From NCBI RefSeq assembly GCF_030384885.1, contig NZ_CP128613.1: DNA of 64,000 nucleotides. One strand, given 5' to 3'. The position numbers and the translations under genes are program-made. Origin of the DNA: Escherichia coli (GTDB taxonomy: Bacteria > Pseudomonadota > Gammaproteobacteria > Enterobacterales > Enterobacteriaceae). Below, piece by piece: positions 12,862 through 23,373 of the stretch. Below the pieces are notes generated by a model. It did not search any database. It worked only from the letters and a program-made list of their open reading frames with translations, and was not told the origin of the DNA. Positions within the stretch are counted from its first letter, which is position 1, and each line of letters begins with the position of its first letter.

Positions 12862-13528
12862 GCTAATGCTCCTTAATAAAAGCGTAATGGGACGTTAATA
12901 GAGATGAAAGCAGTGGATCTCATTGCCATCTGCATTTTCGCATAGCGTATATCGCTGGCTATGACTAATCAATTAGTGAAAAATTTTTATTTAATCTGTT
13001 TTTGTAGATAAAATATTCCGTAGCGGCGCGTTTTTTGTACATTGTGGATTTTTACATGCTGATATGATTTATTTTCAATTAAATCAATTAGATATGCACG
13101 TATCTTTATTTTCACTAATGAAAGTTTGGGGGTGAGGTAACGCTATAAGCGTAGAGAGTTCGGTGTATGCAGTGACTGGGTCATTTTCAGCATTTTTTAT
13201 GCCAGACAATGTACATTAACAGCAGAAAGCACCAGTGAGTGATGTTTATTTTTATTCGTATATATTGCATTTTTATTCGATTTGGTTTTATCAGGCTTGC
13301 GGGATTAGCGAGCGGCGAGCGCCGCTCTGTTCACCAATAACCGAAATTACTCATCAAATTGGCTAATATATAATCTTGAAATTATTCTGAGAGTTTCAGA
13401 AAATAACAGCTGAAATAATCTCGTGCAGGACTGTAAATAGATTAAATTTTGTGGAAATATAATAAGTGATCGCTTACACTACGCGACGAAATACTTTTTT
13501 GTTTTGGCGTTAAAAGGTTTTCTTTATT

Positions 13529-13933
13529 ATGTCCGTAATGTTACAAAGTTTAAATAACATTCGCACTCTCCGTGCGATGGCTCGCGAATTCTCCATTGAC
13601 GTTCTTGAAGAAATGCTCGAAAAATTCAGGGTTGTCACTAAAGAAAGACGTGAAGAAGAAGAACAGCAGCAGCGTGAACTGGCAGAGCGCCAGGAAAAAA
13701 TTAGCACCTGGCTGGAGCTGATGAAAGCTGACGGAATTAATCCGGAAGAGTTACTGGGTAATAGCTCTGCTGCTGCACCACGCGCTGGTAAAAAACGCCA
13801 GCCGCGTCCGGCAAAATATAAATTCACCGATGTTAACGGTGAAACTAAAACCTGGACCGGTCAGGGCCGTACACCGAAGCCAATCGCTCAGGCGCTGGCA
13901 GAAGGTAAATCTCTCGACGATTTCCTGATCTAA
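13529..13933 (+). CDS. stpA: H-NS paralog DNA-binding protein StpA
   Basis: 134 aa, [33 protein letters not shown]...; long AT-rich upstream region 12862-13528. Confidence 0.9.
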   Translation: MSVMLQSLNNIRTLRAMAREFSIDVLEEMLEKFRVVTKERREEEEQQQRELAERQEKISTWLELMKADGINPEELLGNSSAAAPRAGKKRQPRPAKYKFTDVNGETKTWTGQGRTPKPIAQALAEGKSLDDFLI

Positions 13934-13979
13934 TTACTGAGGCCGGATGTCGCTGCTATGGCGCGTCCGGCGTCGCTTC

Positions 13980-14504
13980 TCAAGCTTGTTGGTTCCACGG
14001 CATCTTATCTAACAACCTTGCCATCCCACAAAAACCGCTAATTCCTGCAAACAGTAACCCGGCACCAACAAAGCCACTTAATAAGAAGAAACCACTATTT
14101 ACGGTATAACCCAGTACAACGCCGATTAATATTAAACCACCCGCGGCGATCTGCACCTGGCGCATTAACGGCAAGGGTTGAGACTTATTTACCGCAACTG
14201 GCAATCCTGCTTTTTTCCAGCCATCAATCCCATCTTCGAGTAAAAAGATTTCTGCGGGTGCGGCAATCGCTGCTAATTTATCGGCGTTATTACTGGTGCG
14301 TTTACCTGCCTGGCAGTGGAATATAATTTGCTCGCGACGTAATTTAGCCGGAAGACCTGACTGTTCGAGCACGGATAATGGAGCCAGATCTGCTTCAGGA
14401 ATATGTTCACGAAGATATTCATCAGCATCACGAATATCGATTAACTTTGCGCCGCGTGCGATTAATTCTTGTGCATCATGCGGCGAAATGGTTGTCAAAG
14501 CCAT
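13980..14504 (-). CDS. ygaP: Membrane-anchored rhodanese (thiosulfate sulfurtransferase)
   Basis: 174 aa, rhodanese domain with CQAGKR active-site loop plus C-terminal TM helices. Confidence 0.85.
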   Translation of the reverse strand: MALTTISPHDAQELIARGAKLIDIRDADEYLREHIPEADLAPLSVLEQSGLPAKLRREQIIFHCQAGKRTSNNADKLAAIAAPAEIFLLEDGIDGWKKAGLPVAVNKSQPLPLMRQVQIAAGGLILIGVVLGYTVNSGFFLLSGFVGAGLLFAGISGFCGMARLLDKMPWNQQA

Positions 14505-14513
14505 AGTGACTCC

Positions 14514-14813
14514 TTACGGACAATAGACATTTTTCAGGGTGGCGATAATGGCATTTACCGCCTCATTTTTAATGGAATATAGAATGCGTTGGGCATCCCG
14601 TTGGCTGTCGAGAAGCCCTTCGTCTCGCATACGAGCGAGATGCTGTGATGTCGCAGAGGCACTCAATCCGGTAATGCGCGTCAGCTCTCCCGCGCTGGTG
14701 CCGGGTGAACCGCTAAGCATGCACAGAATCAGCAACCGTTTGGGGTGGCTCATTGCTTTCAGTAAGGCTGCTGCCTGTTCGGCACTGGCCTGTAATTGCG
14801 CGAGTTCAGTCAT
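14514..14813 (-). CDS. ygaV: ArsR/SmtB-family transcriptional repressor
   Basis: 99 aa winged-HTH; upstream of ygaP. Confidence 0.85.
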   Translation of the reverse strand: MTELAQLQASAEQAAALLKAMSHPKRLLILCMLSGSPGTSAGELTRITGLSASATSQHLARMRDEGLLDSQRDAQRILYSIKNEAVNAIIATLKNVYCP

Positions 14814-14995
14814 AGTTATTTAAGTGTTTTCTAAATTAAGAAAACTCTAAACTAAAAATACAACATATGCCAGCATCAGCCGCGTAAATGAGAGTAAAAG
14901 CGTAAGCTGAAACTGGCAGGCTCCGCTAAAATTACTACGCTTAAGAGATAAAATCTCTTTTTAAACAATGAGTAATTTTCTTATAGGGAGTACAT

Positions 14996-15154
14996 ATGGG
15001 TTTTTGGAGAATCGTCATCACCATCATTCTGCCGCCGCTCGGCGTGCTGCTCGGTAAAGGGTTCGGTTGGGCGTTCATTATTAATATTCTGCTGACACTG
15101 CTTGGGTATATCCCCGGTTTGATTCACGCATTCTGGGTGCAAACCCGCGATTAA
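14996..15154 (+). CDS. yqaE: Pmp3/UPF0057 small membrane protein (52 aa)
   Basis: Translated by hand: MGFWRIVITIILPPLGVLLGKGFGWAFIINILLTLLGYIPGLIHAFWVQTRD; not in ORF track (<60 aa). Confidence 0.8.
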   Translation: MGFWRIVITIILPPLGVLLGKGFGWAFIINILLTLLGYIPGLIHAFWVQTRD

Positions 15155-15237
15155 ACCTGTCCTCACCCCCGCGGCGTTAACGCGCCGCGTTCCTCTGCTA
15201 CACTTTCTGAGTGTTTCCGTTAACGAATGAGGTAGCT

Positions 15238-15687
15238 ATGGGTCTGTTCAATTTTGTGAAAGATGCCGGAGAAAAACTCTGGGACGCGGTTACAGGTCAG
15301 CACGATAAAGACGATCAGGCGAAAAAGGTGCAGGAGCATCTGAATAAAACCGGTATACCTGATGCCGATAAAGTGAACATTCAAATTGCCGACGGCAAAG
15401 CGACGGTCACTGGTGACGGCTTAAGTCAGGAGGCGAAGGAGAAAATCCTTGTTGCGGTGGGGAATATTTCCGGTATTGCCAGTGTCGATGATCAGGTGAA
15501 AACGGCGACACCAGCCACTGCCAGCCAGTTTTATACCGTTAAGTCTGGCGATACTCTGAGTGCCATTTCCAAACAGGTCTACGGTAACGCCAATCTGTAC
15601 AATAAAATCTTCGAAGCGAATAAACCGATGCTGAAAAGCCCGGATAAAATTTACCCGGGGCAGGTGTTGCGTATTCCTGAAGAGTAG
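15238..15687 (+). CDS. kbp: K+-binding protein (BON + LysM domains)
   Basis: ORF 15211..15687; start at [15 protein letters not shown]; C-terminal LysM ([18 protein letters not shown]). Confidence 0.85.
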
Positions 15688-16350
15688 TTAATTGCCAGCC
15701 ATCGCCTGCTGGATAATGGGAATTGGCGTCAGTAAATGTTGGCGCATTAACTCACTGGCGCGCGCGGTATCTCGCGCCAGTACCGCCGCTGTCAGGGTCT
15801 GGTGCTGATCGTGTTTATCCTCCAGCATTTCTACCGAAAGCACTGTTCGCCGCAGCCAGATAAATCGATAACGCGCCGCCAGATCAAACAACCGTTCACG
15901 CATTTGCAGCAAATAGTGAGAACCACAGCCCGCCACAATTGCAGTATGAAACGCCTGATGACGCAGATCCCACTCATCAAGCATTTTCTCACTGGCGTCA
16001 CAGGCCTCAAGCTTACTGAGCAGATGCGCCTTCGCAAGAACGTCAGCCTCCCACTCATCGCCACCGCGGGCAATCGCCAGACTCACCAGCATCGCTTCCA
16101 TATTGGCGCGGGCGTCGAAAATATCGAGCAGCTCCTGCTCTGACATAGAAGCCACCCGATACCCTTTTTGATTCACCACCGTGACCAGTCGTTCTGCTAC
16201 CAGTTGCGAAAGCGCTTCCCGCAACGGCCCAACGCCAAGTGCATAACGCGATGTCAGCAAACTCATCCGTAATTTTTCATCCGGTTGAAAATTACCGCGA
16301 ATAATATCGTTCTTCAGCCAGCGATAGCCATCCAGAGACGTAATGGTCAT
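15688..16350 (-). CDS. csiR: GntR/FadR-family repressor of csiD-lhgO-gabDTP
   Basis: ORF 15688..16368, K-12-type start MTITSLDGYRWL (220 aa). Confidence 0.85.
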   Translation of the reverse strand: MTITSLDGYRWLKNDIIRGNFQPDEKLRMSLLTSRYALGVGPLREALSQLVAERLVTVVNQKGYRVASMSEQELLDIFDARANMEAMLVSLAIARGGDEWEADVLAKAHLLSKLEACDASEKMLDEWDLRHQAFHTAIVAGCGSHYLLQMRERLFDLAARYRFIWLRRTVLSVEMLEDKHDQHQTLTAAVLARDTARASELMRQHLLTPIPIIQQAMAGN

Positions 16351-16370
16351 GGTGTGACTCCTGATCATTA

Positions 16371-17771
16371 TTAGCGCGTATTATGAACGGGTGTTTTTTG
16401 CCACAATACCAGTTTTTTCCAGCGCGCCATAATCGGCACGGTACAGATTATCCCTATCGCTAATAAACCGGTGGAGATCACTTCTAACTGTTGCGCCGGG
16501 CGGAATAGCATCACTACCAACACAAAGGTAATAAAGCCGATTACCAGCCAGGTGAGCCACGGATAAAGCCACATCCGCAGGCGAATTTCGCTTCCTTCTG
16601 CTCGCAGAATTTTGCGCATCCGCAATTGTGAAACGGCGATGACTAAATAAACCAGCAGGGCGATAGCGCCGGAGCTGTCGATCAGAAATTTAAACACTTT
16701 CGCAGGCGCGTAATAGTTAACCACCACCGTTAAAAATGCCGCGCCGGTGGAGAGTAATACCGCCACATACGGGGTTTTACTGCGGTTGATTTTACCCATT
16801 ACCGCGGGAGCATCACCGCGACGGCTTAAGGAGTAGAGCATTCTGGAAGCGGTATACAGCGCCGAGTTCAGGCAACTGGTTACGGAAAGTAATATCACGC
16901 AGTCCATGATTAATTTCGCATGGGGAATATTGAGCAATTCCAGAACCGAGCGATAAGATCCAACGGCTTTCAGCCCCGGCATATTCCACGGTATTAATGC
17001 CACGACGACAAAAATAGAGCACAAATAGAAGATAGAAATACGCCAGATAACCGAGTTGGTGGCGCGGACAATATGTTTTTCCGGCGTGTCGGATTCCGCG
17101 GCGGCAATGGTGACAATTTCTGCGCCCATAAACGAGAACATGGTGATCAACATCGCGCTTAATACCGCACCGAAGCCATTGGGCATAAAGCCGCCGCTAT
17201 CCCACAATCTTGAGATCCCGCTCACTTCGGCATAAGGGTAAAAACCGCTAATTGCGACTGCACCAAGGAAAATAAAAGCCAGGATAGCGATGACTTTGCA
17301 CAGCGCCAGCCAGAACTCAAATTCGCCGTAGTTTTTAACGCTTAATAAATTACTGCCAGTTAAGGCGAGGGTAATGACGAGGGAAAATAACCAGATGGGA
17401 ATGCCTGGAACCCACGAGTGCAGGATCATGGCGGCGATGTTGGCTTCCAGCGGGATAACCAGTACCCAAAACCACCAGTACAGCCAGCCGATGGTATAAC
17501 CCGCCCAACGGCCAATAGCTTTATCGGCATAGGTGGAAAACGAACCCGTGTCGGGCGTGGCAACCGCCATTTCCGCCAGCATCCGCATAATCATAACTAC
17601 CAGTAATCCGGCGAACAAATAGGCCAGCAATACCGCCGGGCCCGCTTCGGCGATGGCGACGCTGGAACCAACAAACAGACTTGCGCCGATAACACCTGCA
17701 ATAGACAACATGGTGACGTGGCGTGACTTCAGCCCGCCGCCTAACTCATGTGGTTGTGATGATTGCCCCAT
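16371..17771 (-). CDS. gabP: GABA permease (APC family)
   Basis: ORF 16371..17834; start at MGQSSQPHELGGGLK (466 aa). Confidence 0.9.
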   Translation of the reverse strand: MGQSSQPHELGGGLKSRHVTMLSIAGVIGASLFVGSSVAIAEAGPAVLLAYLFAGLLVVMIMRMLAEMAVATPDTGSFSTYADKAIGRWAGYTIGWLYWWFWVLVIPLEANIAAMILHSWVPGIPIWLFSLVITLALTGSNLLSVKNYGEFEFWLALCKVIAILAFIFLGAVAISGFYPYAEVSGISRLWDSGGFMPNGFGAVLSAMLITMFSFMGAEIVTIAAAESDTPEKHIVRATNSVIWRISIFYLCSIFVVVALIPWNMPGLKAVGSYRSVLELLNIPHAKLIMDCVILLSVTSCLNSALYTASRMLYSLSRRGDAPAVMGKINRSKTPYVAVLLSTGAAFLTVVVNYYAPAKVFKFLIDSSGAIALLVYLVIAVSQLRMRKILRAEGSEIRLRMWLYPWLTWLVIGFITFVLVVMLFRPAQQLEVISTGLLAIGIICTVPIMARWKKLVLWQKTPVHNTR

Positions 17772-17860
17772 CCTGAATCCTCTCGAAAGTGTGACACTTG
17801 GGAGAGCGGCCCGACATTTCCCGCGTCGGGTCACGCGTTTAATTGTTATTGGTTCTTTTT

Positions 17861-18000
17861 GCCGGAGAGCGGCTCCGCCTTATCCGGCCGACATAGATTT
17901 ATTCCTGTTCACGTACAGATTGTTGGATGCGGCGTAAACGCCTTATCCGACCTGGATTCTCGTAGGCCGGACAAGACGCGAAGCGTCGCCTCCGGCATGG
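17861..18000. repeat. BIME/REP cluster between gabP and gabT
   Basis: Repeated gccttatccggcc/gccggatgcggcgtaaacgccttatccg units. Confidence 0.5.
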
Positions 18001-18008
18001 GTGCGGTG

Positions 18009-19289
18009 CTACTGCTTAGCCTCATCAAAACACTGGCTGATGATCTCCAGACCCTGACGGATCTGAGCGTCTTCAATGGTGAGCGGTACAAGGATGCGCA
18101 GCACGTTGTAATACGGGCCGCAGGAGAGAAGAATCAGGCCTTTATCGCGGGCGCGAGCCACGATCTCGGCGGTGAGTTTTGCGTCCGGTTTACTGTGATC
18201 GCCACCTTCAAACAGCTCTATAGCGATCATCGCCCCCAGCCCGCGAACGTCGCCGATCTCGGTGTGTTTTTCGGCGATCGCCAGCAATCCGTCTTTCAGC
18301 TTTTGCCCCAAATCGTTGGCTTTTTGCAGCAGATTTTCCTGCTCGAATACCTTCAACACTTCCAGCGCTGCCACGCAGGCAATCGGGTTACCCGCATAGG
18401 TACCGCCCAGACCGCCTGGAGCGACGGTATCCATCACTTCGGTGCGCCCGGTGACGCCCGCCAGCGGGAAACCGCCTGCGATCGATTTCGCAAAGGTGGT
18501 GAGATCCGGCGCGACGCCCATTTGCTCCATCGCAAACAGTGTGCCGGTACGCCCCGCGCCGCTTTGCACTTCATCGGCAATCAACATGATCCCGTGCTCG
18601 TCACACAGCGCGCGTAAACGCTGCATAAATGCAGGTGTCGCGGCGTAGAAACCGCCTTCACCCTGAACCGGCTCAATCACGATGGCGGCGATATCTTCCG
18701 GCGCAGCGTCATTTTTGAAGATCCGATGAATACTGGCGATAGCGTCATCTTCACTGATGCCGTGCAGCGGGCAAGGATAAAGCGCGCGATAAACATGGCC
18801 CGGCATCAGGCCCATGCCAGCAGAGTACGGGTTCACCTTACCAGTCAGCGCCAGCGTGTAGTGCGTGCGCCCGTGATACGCGCCGCTAAAGGCGATGGTA
18901 CCGCTACGTTTGGTGGCGGCGCGGGCGATTTTCACCGCGTTTTCCACCGCTTCGGAGCCCGTGGTGACCAGCAGCGTTTTTTTGGCGAAATCGCCTGGCA
19001 CCTTCTGATTCATAATCTCGCACAGCGCCAGATACGGCTCGTAGGCCAGCACCTGGAAGCAAGTGTGCGACAGCTTTTTCAACTGCGCTTCCACAGCCGC
19101 CACCACTTTCGGATGCAGGTGCCCGGTATTGAGCACCGCAATCCCGCCCGCGAAATCAAGATACTCACGGCCTTCAACGTCCCACACCCGGCAGTTTTCT
19201 GCGCGATCAGCGAAAATCGGGTGAATTTGCCCAACGCCACGGGGAATCGCCTGACTGCGGCGTTGCATTAACTCTTTATTGCTGCTCAT
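18009..19289 (-). CDS. gabT: 4-aminobutyrate aminotransferase
   Basis: 426 aa class-III aminotransferase. Confidence 0.95.
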   Translation of the reverse strand: MSSNKELMQRRSQAIPRGVGQIHPIFADRAENCRVWDVEGREYLDFAGGIAVLNTGHLHPKVVAAVEAQLKKLSHTCFQVLAYEPYLALCEIMNQKVPGDFAKKTLLVTTGSEAVENAVKIARAATKRSGTIAFSGAYHGRTHYTLALTGKVNPYSAGMGLMPGHVYRALYPCPLHGISEDDAIASIHRIFKNDAAPEDIAAIVIEPVQGEGGFYAATPAFMQRLRALCDEHGIMLIADEVQSGAGRTGTLFAMEQMGVAPDLTTFAKSIAGGFPLAGVTGRTEVMDTVAPGGLGGTYAGNPIACVAALEVLKVFEQENLLQKANDLGQKLKDGLLAIAEKHTEIGDVRGLGAMIAIELFEGGDHSKPDAKLTAEIVARARDKGLILLSCGPYYNVLRILVPLTIEDAQIRQGLEIISQCFDEAKQ

Positions 19290-19302
19290 TCGCGTTCTCC
19301 AG

Positions 19303-20751
19303 TTAAAGACCGATGCACATGTATTTGATTTCTAAATAATCTTCGATGCCATACTTCGAACCTTCACGACCCAGCCCCGAGGCTTTTATGCCGCCGAACG
19401 GGGCCACTTCATTGGAAATAATGCCGGTATTGATGCCGACGATGCCGTACTCCAGCGCCTCGCCCACGCGGAAGACGCGGCTTAAATCACGGGCGTAGAA
19501 ATAGGCGGCAAGACCAAACTCGGTGTCATTGGCCTGCGCAATCACATCGGCTTCATCTTTAAAGCGGAACAGCGGGGCGAGGGGGCCGAACGTCTCTTCT
19601 TTCGACACTTTGGCGTTGGCAGGAACATCCACCAGAATGGTTGGCTGGAAGAAGTTGCCGCCGCGTTCATGCGCTTTACCGCCGCAAACCACGCGCGCGC
19701 CTTTCTCCAGCGCATCGGCGATATGCTCTTCCACTTTTGCTACCGCTTTTTCATCGATCAGTGGCCCAATGGTGACGCCTTTTTCCAGCCCATCACCGAT
19801 GTACAGTTTGCTCACCGCCTGCTGCAATTTTTCAGCAAAGCGGTCATACACGCCGTCCTGTACATACAGGCGGTTGGCGCAGACGCAGGTTTGCCCGGCG
19901 TTACGGAATTTCGAGGCCAGCGCACCTTCCACGGCTTTATCGAGATCGGCATCGTCAAAGACGATAAACGGCGCGTTGCCGCCCAGCTCCAGCGACACTT
20001 TTTTGATGTCTTTCGCGCACTGTTCCATTAACTGGCGACCAATTTCGGTCGAGCCGGTAAACGACAGCTTGCGCACCAGCGGGTTGCTGGTCAGTTCGTT
20101 ACCGACCGCGCCCGCCGAACCGGTCACCACGTTAAATACGCCAGCCGGAATGCCCGCGCGAATCGCCAGCTCTGCCAGCGCCAGCGCAGAGAACGGCGTC
20201 TGACTGGCGGGCTTCAGCACCATCGTGCAGCCTGCCGCCAGCGCCGGACCGGCTTTACGGGTAATCATCGCCGCCGGGAAGTTCCACGGCGTGATAGCGG
20301 CGGTAACACCAATCGGCTGCTTGATGACAATCAGGCGCTTATCGGCCTGATGACCGGGAATGGTGTCGCCATAAATGCGTTTGCCTTCTTCGGCAAACCA
20401 CTCAATAAATGAGGCGGCGTAGCTGATTTCGCCTTTCGCTTCCGCCAGCGGTTTGCCCTGTTCGAGGGTCATCAGGCGCGCTAAATCGTCCTGATGCTCC
20501 ATCATCAAATTGAACCAGTTACGCAGAATGTTGGCGCGTTCTTTGGCGGTAAGGGCACGCCAGGCGGGCAGGGCGCGGTTGGCGGCGTCGATAGCGGCGC
20601 GGGTTTCATCTGCGCCCATTTTGGGTACGCTACCCAGCTTGTCGCCATTCGCCGGATTGGTGACCTCGATGACTTCGCCATTGTTGGCGTCCAGCCATTC
20701 CCCGTTAATTAACGCCTGCTGGCGGAATAAGTTACTGTCGTTCAGTTTCAT
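19303..20751 (-). CDS. gabD: Succinate-semialdehyde dehydrogenase (NADP+)
   Basis: 482-aa aldehyde dehydrogenase. Confidence 0.95.
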   Translation of the reverse strand: MKLNDSNLFRQQALINGEWLDANNGEVIEVTNPANGDKLGSVPKMGADETRAAIDAANRALPAWRALTAKERANILRNWFNLMMEHQDDLARLMTLEQGKPLAEAKGEISYAASFIEWFAEEGKRIYGDTIPGHQADKRLIVIKQPIGVTAAITPWNFPAAMITRKAGPALAAGCTMVLKPASQTPFSALALAELAIRAGIPAGVFNVVTGSAGAVGNELTSNPLVRKLSFTGSTEIGRQLMEQCAKDIKKVSLELGGNAPFIVFDDADLDKAVEGALASKFRNAGQTCVCANRLYVQDGVYDRFAEKLQQAVSKLYIGDGLEKGVTIGPLIDEKAVAKVEEHIADALEKGARVVCGGKAHERGGNFFQPTILVDVPANAKVSKEETFGPLAPLFRFKDEADVIAQANDTEFGLAAYFYARDLSRVFRVGEALEYGIVGINTGIISNEVAPFGGIKASGLGREGSKYGIEDYLEIKYMCIGL

Positions 20752-20773
20752 CGCTACATCCTGTTTTCAAAGG

Positions 20774-22042
20774 TTATTGATTAAAGGCGGCGTGTAAGGC
20801 ATCCACACTACGTGCCGCTCGCAGCGTGCGTCCGGGGTTACTCTGGCTTGCCAACAGCGTTTGTACCTTGCTGACAATATGCGCACCAATAGGAATTGCT
20901 GATGTCGCTGCCGGGGAGGGCGCATTGCAGGTGTGGATCGTGCGCGGGGTGGTGACAAACAGAAAATCGTCAATCAGCTTGCCGTCCGGCGATACTGCCT
21001 GCGCCCGCACACCGGCGGGCCAGGGCTGGAGATCGCTTAACGAAAGCCCGGGACAATACTTTTGCACCAGCCGCAGATAGCCGCTTTTGCACAGCGAGTT
21101 TTTCATCTCGCCCAGTCCTGAGCGTAGATGGTTTTGCAGCACCCGGCGAATCCCCGACGAGCCCAAAATTTCCAGCGTGTCGCTAAATGAGAAGTCGCGC
21201 TTGCGATAGCCTTCGCGTTTGAACGCCAACACCGCGTTTGGCCCAACGGTCACGCTGCCGTCGATCATCCGGGTGAGATGAACGCCTAAAAATGGCATTG
21301 CCGGGTCGGGAATGGGGTAAATCAGGTGGTTAACAATCTGGTTATGCGCCGGGGCAAGGCGGAAATATTCACCGCGGAACGGGCAGATGATAAAGCCCGG
21401 TTCGAGGCCGAGCATTTTCACCAGCCGGTCAGCCATCAGCCCGGAACAGCTAATCAGCGTCGATGCTTCATATTCACCGCCCTGACGGGTCCGTATCACC
21501 ACGCCGTTTTTATGCTCACTGAGGGCGCTGACTTCGGCGTTATAAATAATCTCACCGCCTCTGGCCTGGAAGATTTTTGCCATCGCCGCTGTCACTTCGC
21601 GGTAGCTGACAATACCGCTGGACGGCACAAAAATGCCGCCAAGCCCGGTGATATTCGGTTCGCGCTCGCGCAGTTCCTCGGCGTTTAACCACTCGCGCTC
21701 GATCCCGTTCGCCGCCGTGCGTTCCCATAAAGCGCGCATCCGTTCCATTTCGAGTTCAGACGTGGCGACCAGCATCTTGCCGCAGTTGTCGTAGCGAATG
21801 CCGTTTTGATCGCAAAAGGCTTTAGTGGCGCGGTTTCCCGCCAGGCAAAACTGCGCCTTCAGGCTGCCGGGCGTGTAATAGACCCCGGCATGGATCACGC
21901 CGCTGTTGTGGCCCGTCTGGTGACAGGCCGGGCCGGACTCTTTTTCCAGCAACGCAATACGGGCGTCCGGATAGACATCAATCAGTTGCATGGCGGTCGA
22001 CATGCCGATGATGCCGCCGCCAATAATCACAAAATCATACAT
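20774..22042 (-). CDS. lhgO: L-2-hydroxyglutarate oxidase/dehydrogenase (FAD)
   Basis: 422 aa, N-terminal FAD Rossmann DFVIIGGGIIG. Confidence 0.9.
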   Translation of the reverse strand: MYDFVIIGGGIIGMSTAMQLIDVYPDARIALLEKESGPACHQTGHNSGVIHAGVYYTPGSLKAQFCLAGNRATKAFCDQNGIRYDNCGKMLVATSELEMERMRALWERTAANGIEREWLNAEELREREPNITGLGGIFVPSSGIVSYREVTAAMAKIFQARGGEIIYNAEVSALSEHKNGVVIRTRQGGEYEASTLISCSGLMADRLVKMLGLEPGFIICPFRGEYFRLAPAHNQIVNHLIYPIPDPAMPFLGVHLTRMIDGSVTVGPNAVLAFKREGYRKRDFSFSDTLEILGSSGIRRVLQNHLRSGLGEMKNSLCKSGYLRLVQKYCPGLSLSDLQPWPAGVRAQAVSPDGKLIDDFLFVTTPRTIHTCNAPSPAATSAIPIGAHIVSKVQTLLASQSNPGRTLRAARSVDALHAAFNQ

Positions 22043-22061
22043 CCGCTCAATTCCTTTGCGC

Positions 22062-23373
<1,312 letters not shown>

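Noticed and set aside
17763-18617. 284-aa + strand ORF antisense to gabT
   Set aside because: Lies entirely within well-supported gabT on the opposite strand. High-GC antisense frames commonly stay open.
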